From a bacterium (lineage in GTDB: Bacteria; UBA8248): a stretch of 64,000 nucleotides of DNA. Both the position numbers and the translations under genes were made by a program. The notes beneath the pieces are model-generated. The model was not told where the DNA came from. It was given only the letters and a program-made list of their open reading frames with translations, and made no database searches. Each line of letters starts with the position of its first letter. Position 1 is the first letter of the stretch. This document shows positions 63,795 through 64,000 of this stretch, piece after piece. Location: contig CBDBZY010000064.1 of NCBI GenBank assembly GCA_965213685.1, positions 1,152,001 through 1,216,000 on the forward strand, written 5' to 3'.

Positions 63795-64000
63795 CAGAGA
63801 GTCAATCAGAGAGTTGGTAGACTCTTTATGTAGCAATGGTGCCGACAGGCCCATAGTGTGTGTACATTAGAAAGCCTTCTAAGCTCTTTAGCGCTTGCGT
63901 TCTAAGCCTTTCTAGGCACATACGTACGTATAGCTATCCTATTCCAACCTTTATCTATCCAACAATACTCCCCTAAAATGCATCACCACACTTGCCGACA
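63795..64000. repeat. Terminus of the CAGAGAGTC palindromic family
   Basis: CAGAGAGTTGGTAGACTCTTTATGTAGCAATGGTGCCGACA...TAGAAAGCCTTCTAAG; matches ~28235-28400. Confidence 0.7.

Overview
Eukaryotic (animal) genomic DNA, not prokaryotic; the repeat families and abundant TACATGTA/TACGTA motifs suggest a sponge or similar invertebrate, which is inference only. The backbone is one + strand, multi-exon host gene: seven phase-compatible GT-AG exons from 2878 to 49630, about 507 codons, incomplete at both ends. It encodes a proline-rich segment, a CABIT-type (THEMIS/GAREM-like) region, a YVN motif and a coiled coil. Its introns and flanks are packed with mostly decayed, often nested transposons: four DIRS/Ngaro-type tyrosine-recombinase retroelements (one nearly complete), CRE-like and other non-LTR fragments, an internally deleted LTR element with a tRNA-Pro PBS, several hAT remnants, THAP+Harbinger/ISL2EU, Crypton-like, Helitron, piggyBac, MULE-like and Academ remnants, and many MITEs with readable TIRs/TSDs. 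The most notable items are: a coherent AcademH-like set (DUF6589-type remnants, TAG..CTA elements with 9-bp TSDs and a RecQ fragment); a 37-bp P-like element with a 7-bp TSD; a minisatellite foldback element; a TA-flanked foldback carrying a HIRAN-like fragment; a large palindromic repeat family scattered through the window; and internal evidence that TACATGTA motifs are transposon excision footprints. All family assignments come from motif recognition by eye, without database searches.
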